DNA of 32,000 nt from Acaryochloris marina MBIC11017 (GTDB taxonomy: Bacteria; Cyanobacteriota; Cyanobacteriia; Thermosynechococcales; Thermosynechococcaceae). Positions 22,647 through 30,700 of this stretch are shown in pieces. Made by a program: the position numbers and the translations under genes. Numbering within the stretch: position 1 is the first letter of the stretch; every line of letters begins with the position of its first letter. The notes beneath the pieces were generated by a model. It was not told the DNA's origin, searched no databases, and was given only the letters and a program-made list of their open reading frames with translations. Location: the NCBI RefSeq assembly GCF_000018105.1, contig NC_009930.1:30001-62000 (forward strand), written 5' to 3'.

Positions 22647-24383
22647 GTGCCTAACAAAAGAATTGATTCCTATCATACTCGTGTTTATATGAACGGAAGA
22701 GACCTCGGCTTGAAACAAGCTGAAGCAGCTTACATTGCCGAAATATCTACAAGAACCGGACAACGAATTGAGGCCGGCACCCATCAACCTAATCGCGGCC
22801 GCCTTCAGGACCAACGCACCGTTCCCGACCCCTTAGCTGATGTGTGGGAAGACGAGCTAGAACCAATGCTGCGTCGAGACCCACGCCTCAAACCCATGAC
22901 CCTGTATGAGTACCTGCAGGATAAGTATCCAGGCCAGTATCCCCAAGTCCTGCGGACCCTACAACGTCGGGTGAGAACGTGGAAAGCCTTACATGGACCA
23001 AGCCCTGAAGTGATGTTTGAATTGCGTCATGAACCCGGGGTACAAGGGTTCTCCGATTTTACAGAACTCAAAGGCATCACGATTACCATTGCCGGCAAAC
23101 CCTTTGAGCACCTGATATACCATTACCGTCTGGGATATAGCGGCTGGCGATATGCCCAGATCATCCAAGGAGGCGAAAGCTTTGTTGCCCTCTCAGAAGG
23201 ATTGCAAAATGCCTTTGCAGCCTGTGGAGGTGTTCCTACACAGCATCGTACTGATAGTTTGAGTGCAGCCTATCGCAACATGTGCGGCCGCCGGTCCAAA
23301 AACCTCACGCGTTTGTACGACGAACTGTGTGACCACTATCGGCTAGAACCCACTCGTAACAACAAAGGTGTAGCCCATGAGAATGGCTCCATTGAATCTC
23401 CCCATGGCCATCTCAAAAACCGAATTAAGCAGGCGATCTATCTGCGCGGCAGTGCAGATTTTACGAGTGTTGGTGAGTATCAAGCTTTGATTGATGCCCA
23501 GGTTGCCAAGTTGAATCAACAGTGCCAGGCCAAGTATGAGCAAGAAAAAGAGCATCTGCAACCCTTGCCCAAATATCGAACCCCTGACTATGAAGTGCTT
23601 ACCGCTAAAGTCAGTAAACGCAGCACCATTGATGTTCGTTGCATTCTATACACCGTTCCTTCTCGGCTAATTGGCCGTCAATTGGAACTGCATCTATACC
23701 ACGACCGGATTGTCGGCTATCTAGAGCGACACCCAGTCGTGGAATTGCCGAGGAAGCGTGTCAGTGGCAAAGGCAAACGTCGCGACCGTTGCATCAACTA
23801 TCGCCATGTTATTGGTTCAATGCGATTGAAGCCTCGTGCTTTTATCTATTGCACCTGGCAATCAGACCTACTTCCCAATCCTGAATACCGCCAAATCTGG
23901 GAACAGCTCAAAGCCCAATTTGACCTGGAGCAGGCTGCCAAGATCATCGTGGAAGCCCTGTATATTGCTGCGGTTCAAGATAAAGAACAGGCCGTAGCAG
24001 TGTACTTACAGCAGCAGCTTCGCTCATCCAGCCTTACCCTCAATCGCCTGAAAAAACAGTTTGAGCCGCCTCAGATGAAGCAGGTTCCTGACCTCAGCAT
24101 TGAACAACATTCACTTGAACTTTATGACAAACTCCTCCCCTCCTGCTCAGTCCCCGCTGAGCCCCTACCAGCACCTGAGCCTCTATTTAAAAAAGCTCAG
24201 GCTCTCCCACATGTTGACCCATTGGGAATCTATCGAATCCCAAGCCATGCAGGAAAACTGGTCCTATGCGGAATTCTTACTAGCCTTGTGCGAAACGGAG
24301 GCCCAAAGAAGAGAACAAGCTCGCCTAAAACGTGCTCTCACCGAAGCCAGGCTCCCAAACGCAAAAAGTTTTACCAACTTTGA
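22647..24383 (+). CDS. istA: IS21-family transposase IstA (HTH + rve/DDE integrase core)
   Basis: GTG start. DDE core: QGFSDFTELKG...; PTQHRTDSLSAAY; and KGVAHENGSIESPHGHLK. The last ~90 codons overlap istB out of frame and look like read-through rather than native sequence. Confidence 0.8.
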   Translation: MPNKRIDSYHTRVYMNGRDLGLKQAEAAYIAEISTRTGQRIEAGTHQPNRGRLQDQRTVPDPLADVWEDELEPMLRRDPRLKPMTLYEYLQDKYPGQYPQVLRTLQRRVRTWKALHGPSPEVMFELRHEPGVQGFSDFTELKGITITIAGKPFEHLIYHYRLGYSGWRYAQIIQGGESFVALSEGLQNAFAACGGVPTQHRTDSLSAAYRNMCGRRSKNLTRLYDELCDHYRLEPTRNNKGVAHENGSIESPHGHLKNRIKQAIYLRGSADFTSVGEYQALIDAQVAKLNQQCQAKYEQEKEHLQPLPKYRTPDYEVLTAKVSKRSTIDVRCILYTVPSRLIGRQLELHLYHDRIVGYLERHPVVELPRKRVSGKGKRRDRCINYRHVIGSMRLKPRAFIYCTWQSDLLPNPEYRQIWEQLKAQFDLEQAAKIIVEALYIAAVQDKEQAVAVYLQQQLRSSSLTLNRLKKQFEPPQMKQVPDLSIEQHSLELYDKLLPSCSVPAEPLPAPEPLFKKAQALPHVDPLGIYRIPSHAGKLVLCGILTSLVRNGGPKKRTSSPKTCSHRSQAPKRKKFYQL

Positions 24384-24746
24384 CTTTAGCCATTGTCCCC
24401 AGCTCAATCCTGCTCCCTTGATGCAATTAGCCGCAGATCCGGGTTGGTTGGAGCGCGCCGAGAACTGCCTTATTTTGGGACCCTCGGGCGTTGGAAAAAC
24501 ACATCTGGCCACTGGAGTGTCCAAAAAGATGCTGGAATTCGGTAAGCGGGTGAAGTTCTTTGCAGCCAACGCATTGGTTCAACAATTGCAACAGGCGAAG
24601 CTCCAACTGCAGCTGCATCCAATGCTCAAAAAACTGGACCGCTATGATCTGTTGATCTTGGATGACTTGGGCTATTGCAAAAAGTCGGAAGCGGAAACGT
24701 CCGTTCTGTTTGAATTAATTGCGCATCGCTATGAACGAAAAAGTTT
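24100..24746 (+). pseudogene. istB: IstB helper ATPase, 5' part (interrupted by ISL3)
   Basis: The sequence ...SYAEFLLALCETEAQRREQARLKRALTEARLP..., Walker A (LILGPSGVGKTHLA) and Walker B (DLLILDDLGY) are present. The reading frame breaks after RYERKS(L) at the ISL3 left end. Confidence 0.85.
24739..24746. repeat. 8-bp target-site duplication of ISL3 (left copy)
   Basis: AAAAGTTT lies immediately before the ISL3 left IR, and the identical octamer is at 26132-26139. Confidence 0.85.
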
Positions 24747-26131
24747 GGCTCTCTGGGAATTAGCGTGTAGCAGTCCTACATTTAGTGTGTTTCCTTTTTC
24801 ATCCCTATGGAATGATCTGAGGTAGTACTTCAGAGCAATGGCGTAATGGATAACTCAATTCGCATCCCGCTCAACCTTCCTGATATTCGAGTTCTAGAGC
24901 TATCGAAGACTGAGAGAGGGGATTGGCTCATCAAGATTGAGAGTACGCTTCAAGGAACAACCTGTCATCAATGCGGACGTGAGATTACTGACCTCCATTG
25001 TCATGATCAGCCTTTTCGGATTCGTCACCTGCCATTATTTGAAGTCCCCGTTTACTTAGAAATTCGGCCCAAGCGTTATCGATGCAAGTATTGCGATGAC
25101 CATCCCACAACAACTCAACATTTAGAATGGCACGAACCTCGCAGTCCCAATACAAAAGCATATGAGCGTTGGCTTCTGCGAATCTTGATCAATTCAACGG
25201 TCTCAGATGTTGCCAGAAAACTAGGCGTTAGTGAGGATATCGTCAGTGGAATCATTGATCGTTGGATTGCCGCTCAAGTTGACTGGAGCGAATATGCAGA
25301 CCTCAAAGTTATGGGGATGGATGAGATTTCTCTCAAACGAGGCCATCGTGATTTTGTGGTTTTGATCACGATTCCTACGACGGATGGGGTGGATATATTG
25401 GCAGTTCTAGCCGACCGTAAACAGCAGACAGTGGCAAATTTCCTTCAATCGATTCCCATTGATTTACGCCAAACCATTGAGCGCGTCTGTACGGACATGT
25501 ACCAAGGATTTGTCAGTGCAGTCCGAGAACAATTGCCGCAAGCCAAAATTGTCATTGACCGCTTTCATGTGACCAAAGCCTATCGTAATTGTGCTGATAC
25601 GGTTCGTAAACGTGAGGTCAAACGTCTACGACGAGAGCTCTCTAAGCAAGAGTATGACAGCATCAAAGGCGCGATGTGGCCTTTTAGAAAACGACCAGAG
25701 AATCTGAAAGAGTCAGAGCAACAACTCCTTGAGCGATTGTTTGCTTATTCTCCACAACTGAAACAGGCGTACAACCTCCGAGAGAAACTCACGCAGATAT
25801 TTGAGGGCAGGTACACCAAGCACGGAGCTAAATGTGCCATCCGTGCTTGGTGTAAACAAGTACTCAAGAGTGACATCAAGGAATTCGATTGTTTTCTGAC
25901 CACTATCAATAATTGGATGGACGAGATGACCAACTATTTCCTGGAGGGGTGGACCAGTGGTTTTGTGGAAGGATTTAATAACCGAGTCAAAGTCTTAAAA
26001 AGACGATGCTACGGTATTTTCGATATTGAAAGACTCTTCCAAAGGATTTCTCTTGACCTCAATGGGTATCAGACATTCGCTGTGACCTAAACACTATATC
26101 TAGCGGCTACCACGCTAATTCCCGGAGAGCC
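24747..26131 (+). mobile_element. ISL3-family insertion sequence (1385 bp), intact
   Basis: Left IR: GGCTCTCTGGGAATTAGCGTGTAGC. Reverse complement of the right end: GGCTCTCCGGGAATTAGCGTGGTAGC. It is flanked by the 8-bp direct repeat AAAAGTTT. Removing it, plus one repeat copy, restores istB in frame (..RYERKSLLITANQPFSQW..). Confidence 0.9.
24846..26090 (+). CDS. ISL3-family transposase
   Basis: 414 aa. The N-terminal zinc-finger pattern (CHQCGREITDLHCHD ... YRCKYCDD) is followed by the DDE domain (MGMDEISLKRGHRDFV..., VCTDMYQGF..., EGFNNRVKVLKRRCYG). Confidence 0.9.
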   Translation: MDNSIRIPLNLPDIRVLELSKTERGDWLIKIESTLQGTTCHQCGREITDLHCHDQPFRIRHLPLFEVPVYLEIRPKRYRCKYCDDHPTTTQHLEWHEPRSPNTKAYERWLLRILINSTVSDVARKLGVSEDIVSGIIDRWIAAQVDWSEYADLKVMGMDEISLKRGHRDFVVLITIPTTDGVDILAVLADRKQQTVANFLQSIPIDLRQTIERVCTDMYQGFVSAVREQLPQAKIVIDRFHVTKAYRNCADTVRKREVKRLRRELSKQEYDSIKGAMWPFRKRPENLKESEQQLLERLFAYSPQLKQAYNLREKLTQIFEGRYTKHGAKCAIRAWCKQVLKSDIKEFDCFLTTINNWMDEMTNYFLEGWTSGFVEGFNNRVKVLKRRCYGIFDIERLFQRISLDLNGYQTFAVT

Positions 26132-26139
26132 AAAAGTTT
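26132..26139. repeat. 8-bp target-site duplication of ISL3 (right copy)
   Basis: AAAAGTTT lies immediately after the ISL3 right IR. Confidence 0.85.
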
Positions 26140-26335
26140 GTTGATTACAGCGAATCAACCCTTCAGCCAATGGGATGACATTTTCACTGATTCGATGATG
26201 GCGGTGGCTGCCATTGATCGCTTAATTCATCATGGCTTGATTATCGAAATTCAAGCCGATAGTTATCGGCGCAAATCAGCGACTCAGAGAACGGCTCAAA
26301 CTCAGTCTCAACCTCAAAAATCCCAGTCCAAATAA
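26138..26335 (+). pseudogene. istB: IstB helper ATPase, 3' part
   Basis: LLITANQPFSQWDDIFTDSMMAVAAIDRLIHHGLIIEIQADSYRRK is the conserved IstB C-terminus, and it continues the frame broken at 24746. Confidence 0.85.
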
Positions 26336-26506
26336 TCGAGCGATCACTGGTTGTCATTTCGATCACGGGTTGTCGTTTTGTTCTGAAGGTATCGTATGAG
26401 GTCTGAAAAAGAGCTAACGCAAAGGGAGTGTACGCCAAATAATACGGTTCAAATTTGGGGGTTGATCCGCCTTGTGGTTGTCGCGACATCGCCTATGGGG
26501 TTGACA

Positions 26507-27248
26507 TCCAATACATTCTCCATTCACCCGAGGCAGAATAAGCCATTCGGTGTCGCCGGTTGCGGGGTGAACAAATCCATACAGATAGGTCCATTCGTAA
26601 CGATGGTCCACCTCAGCAATTGGACGCTGACCCACAGGCGCCCAAATCTTTCGAATAATGGGTTTAAGGCCTAGACGATGTTCATCAAAGGACCAAACTT
26701 CGACCTGAGCATTAGGGTAGCGTCGCTCCAATTCTGCTTTGTACTCAGGCAGTTTTTTTAAAAGCGGCTTGGGCCTCTGGTTCACCTTTACGGTGGTGAG
26801 GGCGTGGGCATTGCAGGGACTGCTCTAATCGTTTGAGATAGTCCCAACCGCGTTGGGGCCACACCTTCTCGACTCCTGTCATCTGAGCGATGACCTGGGC
26901 TACTTTGGGGCCGTTCCATAGACCACCGTCGGCGGGTGGTGTTTGTAGACGAGTCAACAATTGTGCACATTGGTCTTGAGTCAGGAGACTGCGAGATTGA
27001 TGAGGTCGCTTATCTTTGCGTCGGTTGCGTAATCCATTAGCTCCATGGCGGTTATACTCCCTGACGATTTCTCGAGCGTAATCGTAATTGAGACCTACCA
27101 CTTGGGCTGCTTGAGTTAGCGTTGTTTGCTCACTGACGAGCCACAACAGATGCCAGCGGCGCGATTCTACTGGGTCTTTGCTGGCTCGATAATGAGACTT
27201 CAGTTCGTCGGGCGAAAAATGAGGTTCGAGATATAGTTTTCTTGGCAT
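26507..27248 (-). pseudogene. IS630-family transposase, frameshifted and 3'-truncated
   Basis: The N-terminal HTH ORF is at 26745-27248. The DDE-domain start (VWSFDEHRLGLKPIIRKIWAPVGQRPIAEVDHRYEWTYLYGFVHPATGDTEWLILPRVN) is in the +1 frame. The two are joined at an A7 tract. Homology stops near 26520, where the IS21 end begins. Confidence 0.7.
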
Positions 27249-27652
27249 TCTCTAATGATGCATTATACCGGGGTGATATAAATCGGATTTGGTATAAGAA
27301 TTACTATCTGGGGAACGGGCGCAATCTTTTTTCGACACTCTATTCGGCCATAGTAGTGCTAGTGGTGTATACCTTTCCCTGGATTGGATTAGGATTGGCT
27401 ATTGTTCTGGAGAGTGATGAACGGTCAGCAGCGGGTGTTGTGCCTGTGATACTAGGGATAGGTGCTATCTCAATGCAATACTACTTTCGCCTTCAAACTG
27501 CCCAAAGGTTTCACCAGCCCTTGCGCTATGCCTGGCTCAGCTGGCTCAGTGGCATACTGGTATCGTCTATTGCTGTTGGTTCAATAATAAAAACTGAAAC
27601 TGGCTGGGGCTGGACTTGGCGTGGTCGTCCTTTAAAAGTTCAGGCTCAATAA
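27242..27652 (+). pseudogene. Possible C-terminal fragment of a polytopic membrane protein (GT2 glycosyltransferase-like tail), 5' part lost at the IS630 end
   Basis: The ORF opens right at the IS630 end. It has hydrophobic helices and a terminal ...GWGWTWRGRPL resembling GT2 C-termini. It sits 3 nt upstream of the hydrolase gene. This is a weak call. Confidence 0.3.
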
Positions 27653-27655
27653 CCC

Positions 27656-28531
27656 ATGCGGAAAAATACCCTGTCTCTATCAACCTATACTGCTGCCTTT
27701 ACCGATCAAGGGCAAGGAGCACCATTGATCTTCTTGCATGGTTTCCTAGGTAGTAGCGACTGCTGGCATCGCATCATCCCTGAGTTACAGATAGCTTACC
27801 GCTGCCTGGCACTTGATCTTTTAGGCTTCGGTGGCTCTTCTAAACCGCGACTACGCTATAACATCTGGCATCAAGTCGAGTTTTTGCAACAATTTATTCA
27901 AACCTTAGATCTGCAAAATTTCCATTTGGTTGGTCATTCCTACGGTGGTTGGACAGCGGCAGCTTATTCCCTTGCCTCAACAGGGCTTGGTTGGACATCA
28001 CAGGGTTGGTCCTCCTTTACACCAATTTCAACCTCGATTCCACCTCCGACTTCCCTAAATTTGATTGCACCAGCAGGAATTCGAGACGATAGCTTTGCTG
28101 GTCGCTACACTTACATGAAGCCTTTATTATGGGAGACCCCGTTGGTTGATTGGGGATTAAAATTGATTGCTCCCATGGCCAGAGTTGTCAACCAGCAATC
28201 GGCATTTCAAAAAGTTTTTCAGGCTCGTCAAGAACTTTTGAGGCAGCCAGTCGCCAAGTCTTTTCTGGTAGATCGCTGGCGGCCTGAAGATGCCATAGAT
28301 ACTGTTGACCAATATTTACAGCAGTTACAGATTCCTACTCAGGTCATTGCGGGTCAGCAAGACACCACTATTCCGCTCTGGCACTGTCAAACCTATGCCG
28401 AGAAAATAGCGACATCGACCATTAATGTTATCCCCAATGCAGCTCATGATCTAATCCAAACTCATAGTTTTGAAATTGTCCGAATTATTAACCGTTTTTT
28501 GGAACAGTTTCAGAACCGGGTAGCGGGTTAG
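27656..28531 (+). CDS. Alpha/beta-fold hydrolase
   Basis: It has the oxyanion-region HGFLGSS, the nucleophile elbow GHSYGG, and a C-terminal IPNAAHDL (catalytic His). Confidence 0.8.
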   Translation: MRKNTLSLSTYTAAFTDQGQGAPLIFLHGFLGSSDCWHRIIPELQIAYRCLALDLLGFGGSSKPRLRYNIWHQVEFLQQFIQTLDLQNFHLVGHSYGGWTAAAYSLASTGLGWTSQGWSSFTPISTSIPPPTSLNLIAPAGIRDDSFAGRYTYMKPLLWETPLVDWGLKLIAPMARVVNQQSAFQKVFQARQELLRQPVAKSFLVDRWRPEDAIDTVDQYLQQLQIPTQVIAGQQDTTIPLWHCQTYAEKIATSTINVIPNAAHDLIQTHSFEIVRIINRFLEQFQNRVAG

Positions 28532-28894
28532 CAGTCATAATGCCTGAGTTAAGACAACTTAACAATTACTATCTTTTTCCTATCTACTCCATCTTTGACT
28601 AGAACGGCTCCGTAGAGTGAGTCTCCCTTTTTCGACTCTTCAATTGCCATACGCATGAAATCGCCATCGTTCATAGTTGTCTTCAGAAATGCTATGAAGC
28701 AATATGTCTAGACAGACCATAAATTGGTAAACGTATTTACAAAGCATGCTCTTAAACTATTCAAGCAATATTTGAATTGAAATATTCACTTTATTAATGA
28801 GACTTTGCATTTATCTGAAGTAAACATTCAAAAGAGTTTCAGAGTGAAATAATTGCATGTAAGTAATAATTAAAGTATATATCTTGATAAGAAT

Positions 28895-29812
28895 ATGGAA
28901 CTCAACAAGGAGTATGTTCGAAAAATTATTAAATGGTTGAAACTTGCTTACCCTGAACTACCATTCACTATGTATGACATTGGTGTCAGATATGGAATCC
29001 ATTACTTATATATCGACCTGCTGAGCTTAAACCATTTTAAAGTAATTGGTTTTGAAGTAGACAAGAAGGAGGCAGAAAATCTTACAAAAAATAGCAAATC
29101 AGGTATTTCAGAAGTATGGCCATATGCTGTTGCTAAATCAAAAGGAAGGAGGAAAATATATATTACGAAGCATCCAGGCTGTTCTTCATTTTATCCCCCA
29201 AATCAAGAACTCTTAAGTCAATATTCGTCATTTGATTTCTTCAAAATATCTGAAACGAAATTCGTAGAGACCATCTCAATTGATGATTTCATAGAAGGAC
29301 ATGAAACAACTGCACCAGATTATTTAAAGATAGATGTACAAGGTGCTGAATATGAAATCCTTGAAGGTAGTGAATTAGCCTTAAACAATATCACTGGAAT
29401 ATTTTTAGAAACTCAATTGAGGGAAATATATTTAGGTGCCCCGCTTTTCCCAGAAATTCATATGTTTCTCAACAATTTAGGATTTAGGCTAATCTTCTGT
29501 GAGTATAATGCTGATCTTGGCGGAGAACTGATAGAGTTTGACGTAGCTTATGTGAGAGATTATAAATCGGTTACATCGAAAAAAGATCTACTCAAGTTGG
29601 TCTTATTCTGTTGTATTCATAAAAATATTGATTATGCAGTTAATGCAGTAAGAAATTCATCTCTTACAGATTCTGAAAAGCAAGAAATACTGAATTTATT
29701 TTCACGACCTTTGCAACCAGAGAAAATGCTTGTCAAATCAGACAGTCCATATATTAGCAGTAATATTGAACTTAGGAAAATTCATGAAGACTGGTGGATT
29801 AATAAGCCCTAG
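28895..29812 (+). CDS. FkbM-family SAM-dependent methyltransferase
   Basis: FTMYDIGVRYG is a variant of the SAM-binding DxGxxxG motif, and LKIDVQGAEYEILEGS is the FkbM signature. The gene and its flanks are strongly AT-rich. Confidence 0.7.
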   Translation: MELNKEYVRKIIKWLKLAYPELPFTMYDIGVRYGIHYLYIDLLSLNHFKVIGFEVDKKEAENLTKNSKSGISEVWPYAVAKSKGRRKIYITKHPGCSSFYPPNQELLSQYSSFDFFKISETKFVETISIDDFIEGHETTAPDYLKIDVQGAEYEILEGSELALNNITGIFLETQLREIYLGAPLFPEIHMFLNNLGFRLIFCEYNADLGGELIEFDVAYVRDYKSVTSKKDLLKLVLFCCIHKNIDYAVNAVRNSSLTDSEKQEILNLFSRPLQPEKMLVKSDSPYISSNIELRKIHEDWWINKP

Positions 29813-29903
29813 AGTATCTGTTGGGTAGCAAATTAAGGATGGCAATTGAGATAATCAGAGGGTACTAGGAAGTATGTGGACATCCCGAATCTGTGACACA
29901 GGA

Positions 29904-30323
29904 CTAAATCCAAGGATTGAGCAGTTTGACTCCAGTTCCTTGAAAGTCATTCGTATTTCTGGTGACGAGAGTAAGGCCATGTTCTAAAGCAGTTGCTGCT
30001 ATTAACGCATCGTAAGCAGGCATTGGATCTGGTACGTGAAGCTGAGCAGTCCTGATGGCGATACTCGTACTGATGGGAATGATGCGTTCAGCATAGTTAT
30101 TTAGTACATGATCCGTTAACCAAAGACGTAGCACTTGGCCCTGCTTTTTATCACGGCGTTCAGTAAGGAGTACCCCTCGCTCAATTTCAAATACAGAGAT
30201 TGCAGAAATGTAGGTTTGTTCTCCAGGTGTGCTGGTTGCCCATATTTCAACCTGCTTGTTGGCTTTTCTAGAAGCAACTTTACGGAGTTCAGAGATAACA
30301 TTAGTATCCAGTAAGAACATCAA
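29904..30323 (-). CDS. vapC: PIN-domain toxin VapC
   Basis: It reads MMFLLDTNVISELRK..., FEIERG..., YDALIAATALEHGLTLVTRNTNDF, which carries the four acidic PIN residues. It overlaps the antitoxin stop by 4 nt. Confidence 0.85.
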   Translation of the reverse strand: MMFLLDTNVISELRKVASRKANKQVEIWATSTPGEQTYISAISVFEIERGVLLTERRDKKQGQVLRLWLTDHVLNNYAERIIPISTSIAIRTAQLHVPDPMPAYDALIAATALEHGLTLVTRNTNDFQGTGVKLLNPWI

Positions 30324-30571
30324 GACAAATCTACCTCTCTCAAGGTTGAATCCGCATCCCGTACTGATTCAAACTCAATCTCAGCACAATCAGGCATCGC
30401 TAACAAATCAGCTACGCTTTTAGACGAATGGATTAACTTATAGTATTGATCCACCGTTAGCAACACATGGGCAGGTGTTCCCCGATCTGTGATGAAGACA
30501 GGCTCTTTTTCAGCAGCCCGTTTAGCTTTGCCCACATCTTGATTAAATTCTCGACTAGAAATGCTTTGCAT
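30320..30571 (-). CDS. Phd/YefM-type antitoxin partner of VapC
   Basis: SISSREFNQDVGKAKRAAEKEPVFITDRGTPAHVLLTVDQYYKL matches the Phd/YefM N-terminal fold pattern. It lies upstream of, and overlaps, vapC. Confidence 0.8.
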   Translation of the reverse strand: MQSISSREFNQDVGKAKRAAEKEPVFITDRGTPAHVLLTVDQYYKLIHSSKSVADLLAMPDCAEIEFESVRDADSTLREVDLS

Positions 30572-30700
30572 ATGCCCCTCTGCAATGTAGATATGTAACT
30601 ACATTATAAATCCTTACCAGATGTATAGAGAGACACCAGAGTGTCAGGCAGGGCATCCTAAAGGAAGAATAATATTCAGATAAGATTTCAATCATTAACA

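Larger units (their letters stand above)
22472..26506 (+). mobile_element. IS21-family element (istA-istB) carrying a nested ISL3 insertion; boundaries tentative
   Basis: Both istA and istB are recognised. The proposed termini follow the TG...CA rule: left TGACGGATTAATGACGATGTCACGTCGG; reverse complement of the right end TGTCAACCCCATAGGCGATGTCGCGACAACC, sharing a GCGATGTCRCG core. GGTTGTC-type subterminal repeats occur at 26350-26500. The right end coincides with the loss of IS630 transposase homology. No target duplication was found. Confidence 0.4.

Noticed and set aside
24100-24383. C-terminal ~90 aa of the IstA ORF overlapping istB
   Set aside because: The translation (…GKLVLCGILTSLVRNGGPKKRTSSPKTCSHRSQAPKRKKFYQL) looks like out-of-frame read-through of istB, probably after loss of the native stop. 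I kept the ORF coordinates but do not regard this tail as functional.
24747-24825. Last 26 codons of the 24100-24825 ORF (ALWELACSSPTFSVFPFSSLWNDLR)
   Set aside because: This is read-through of istB into the ISL3 left inverted repeat, not native IstB sequence.
26241-26674. ORFs 26241-26489 (minus) and 26396-26674 (plus)
   Set aside because: They span the IS21 right-end non-coding repeats and the antisense strand of the IS630 transposase remnant. They have no motifs and no start context.
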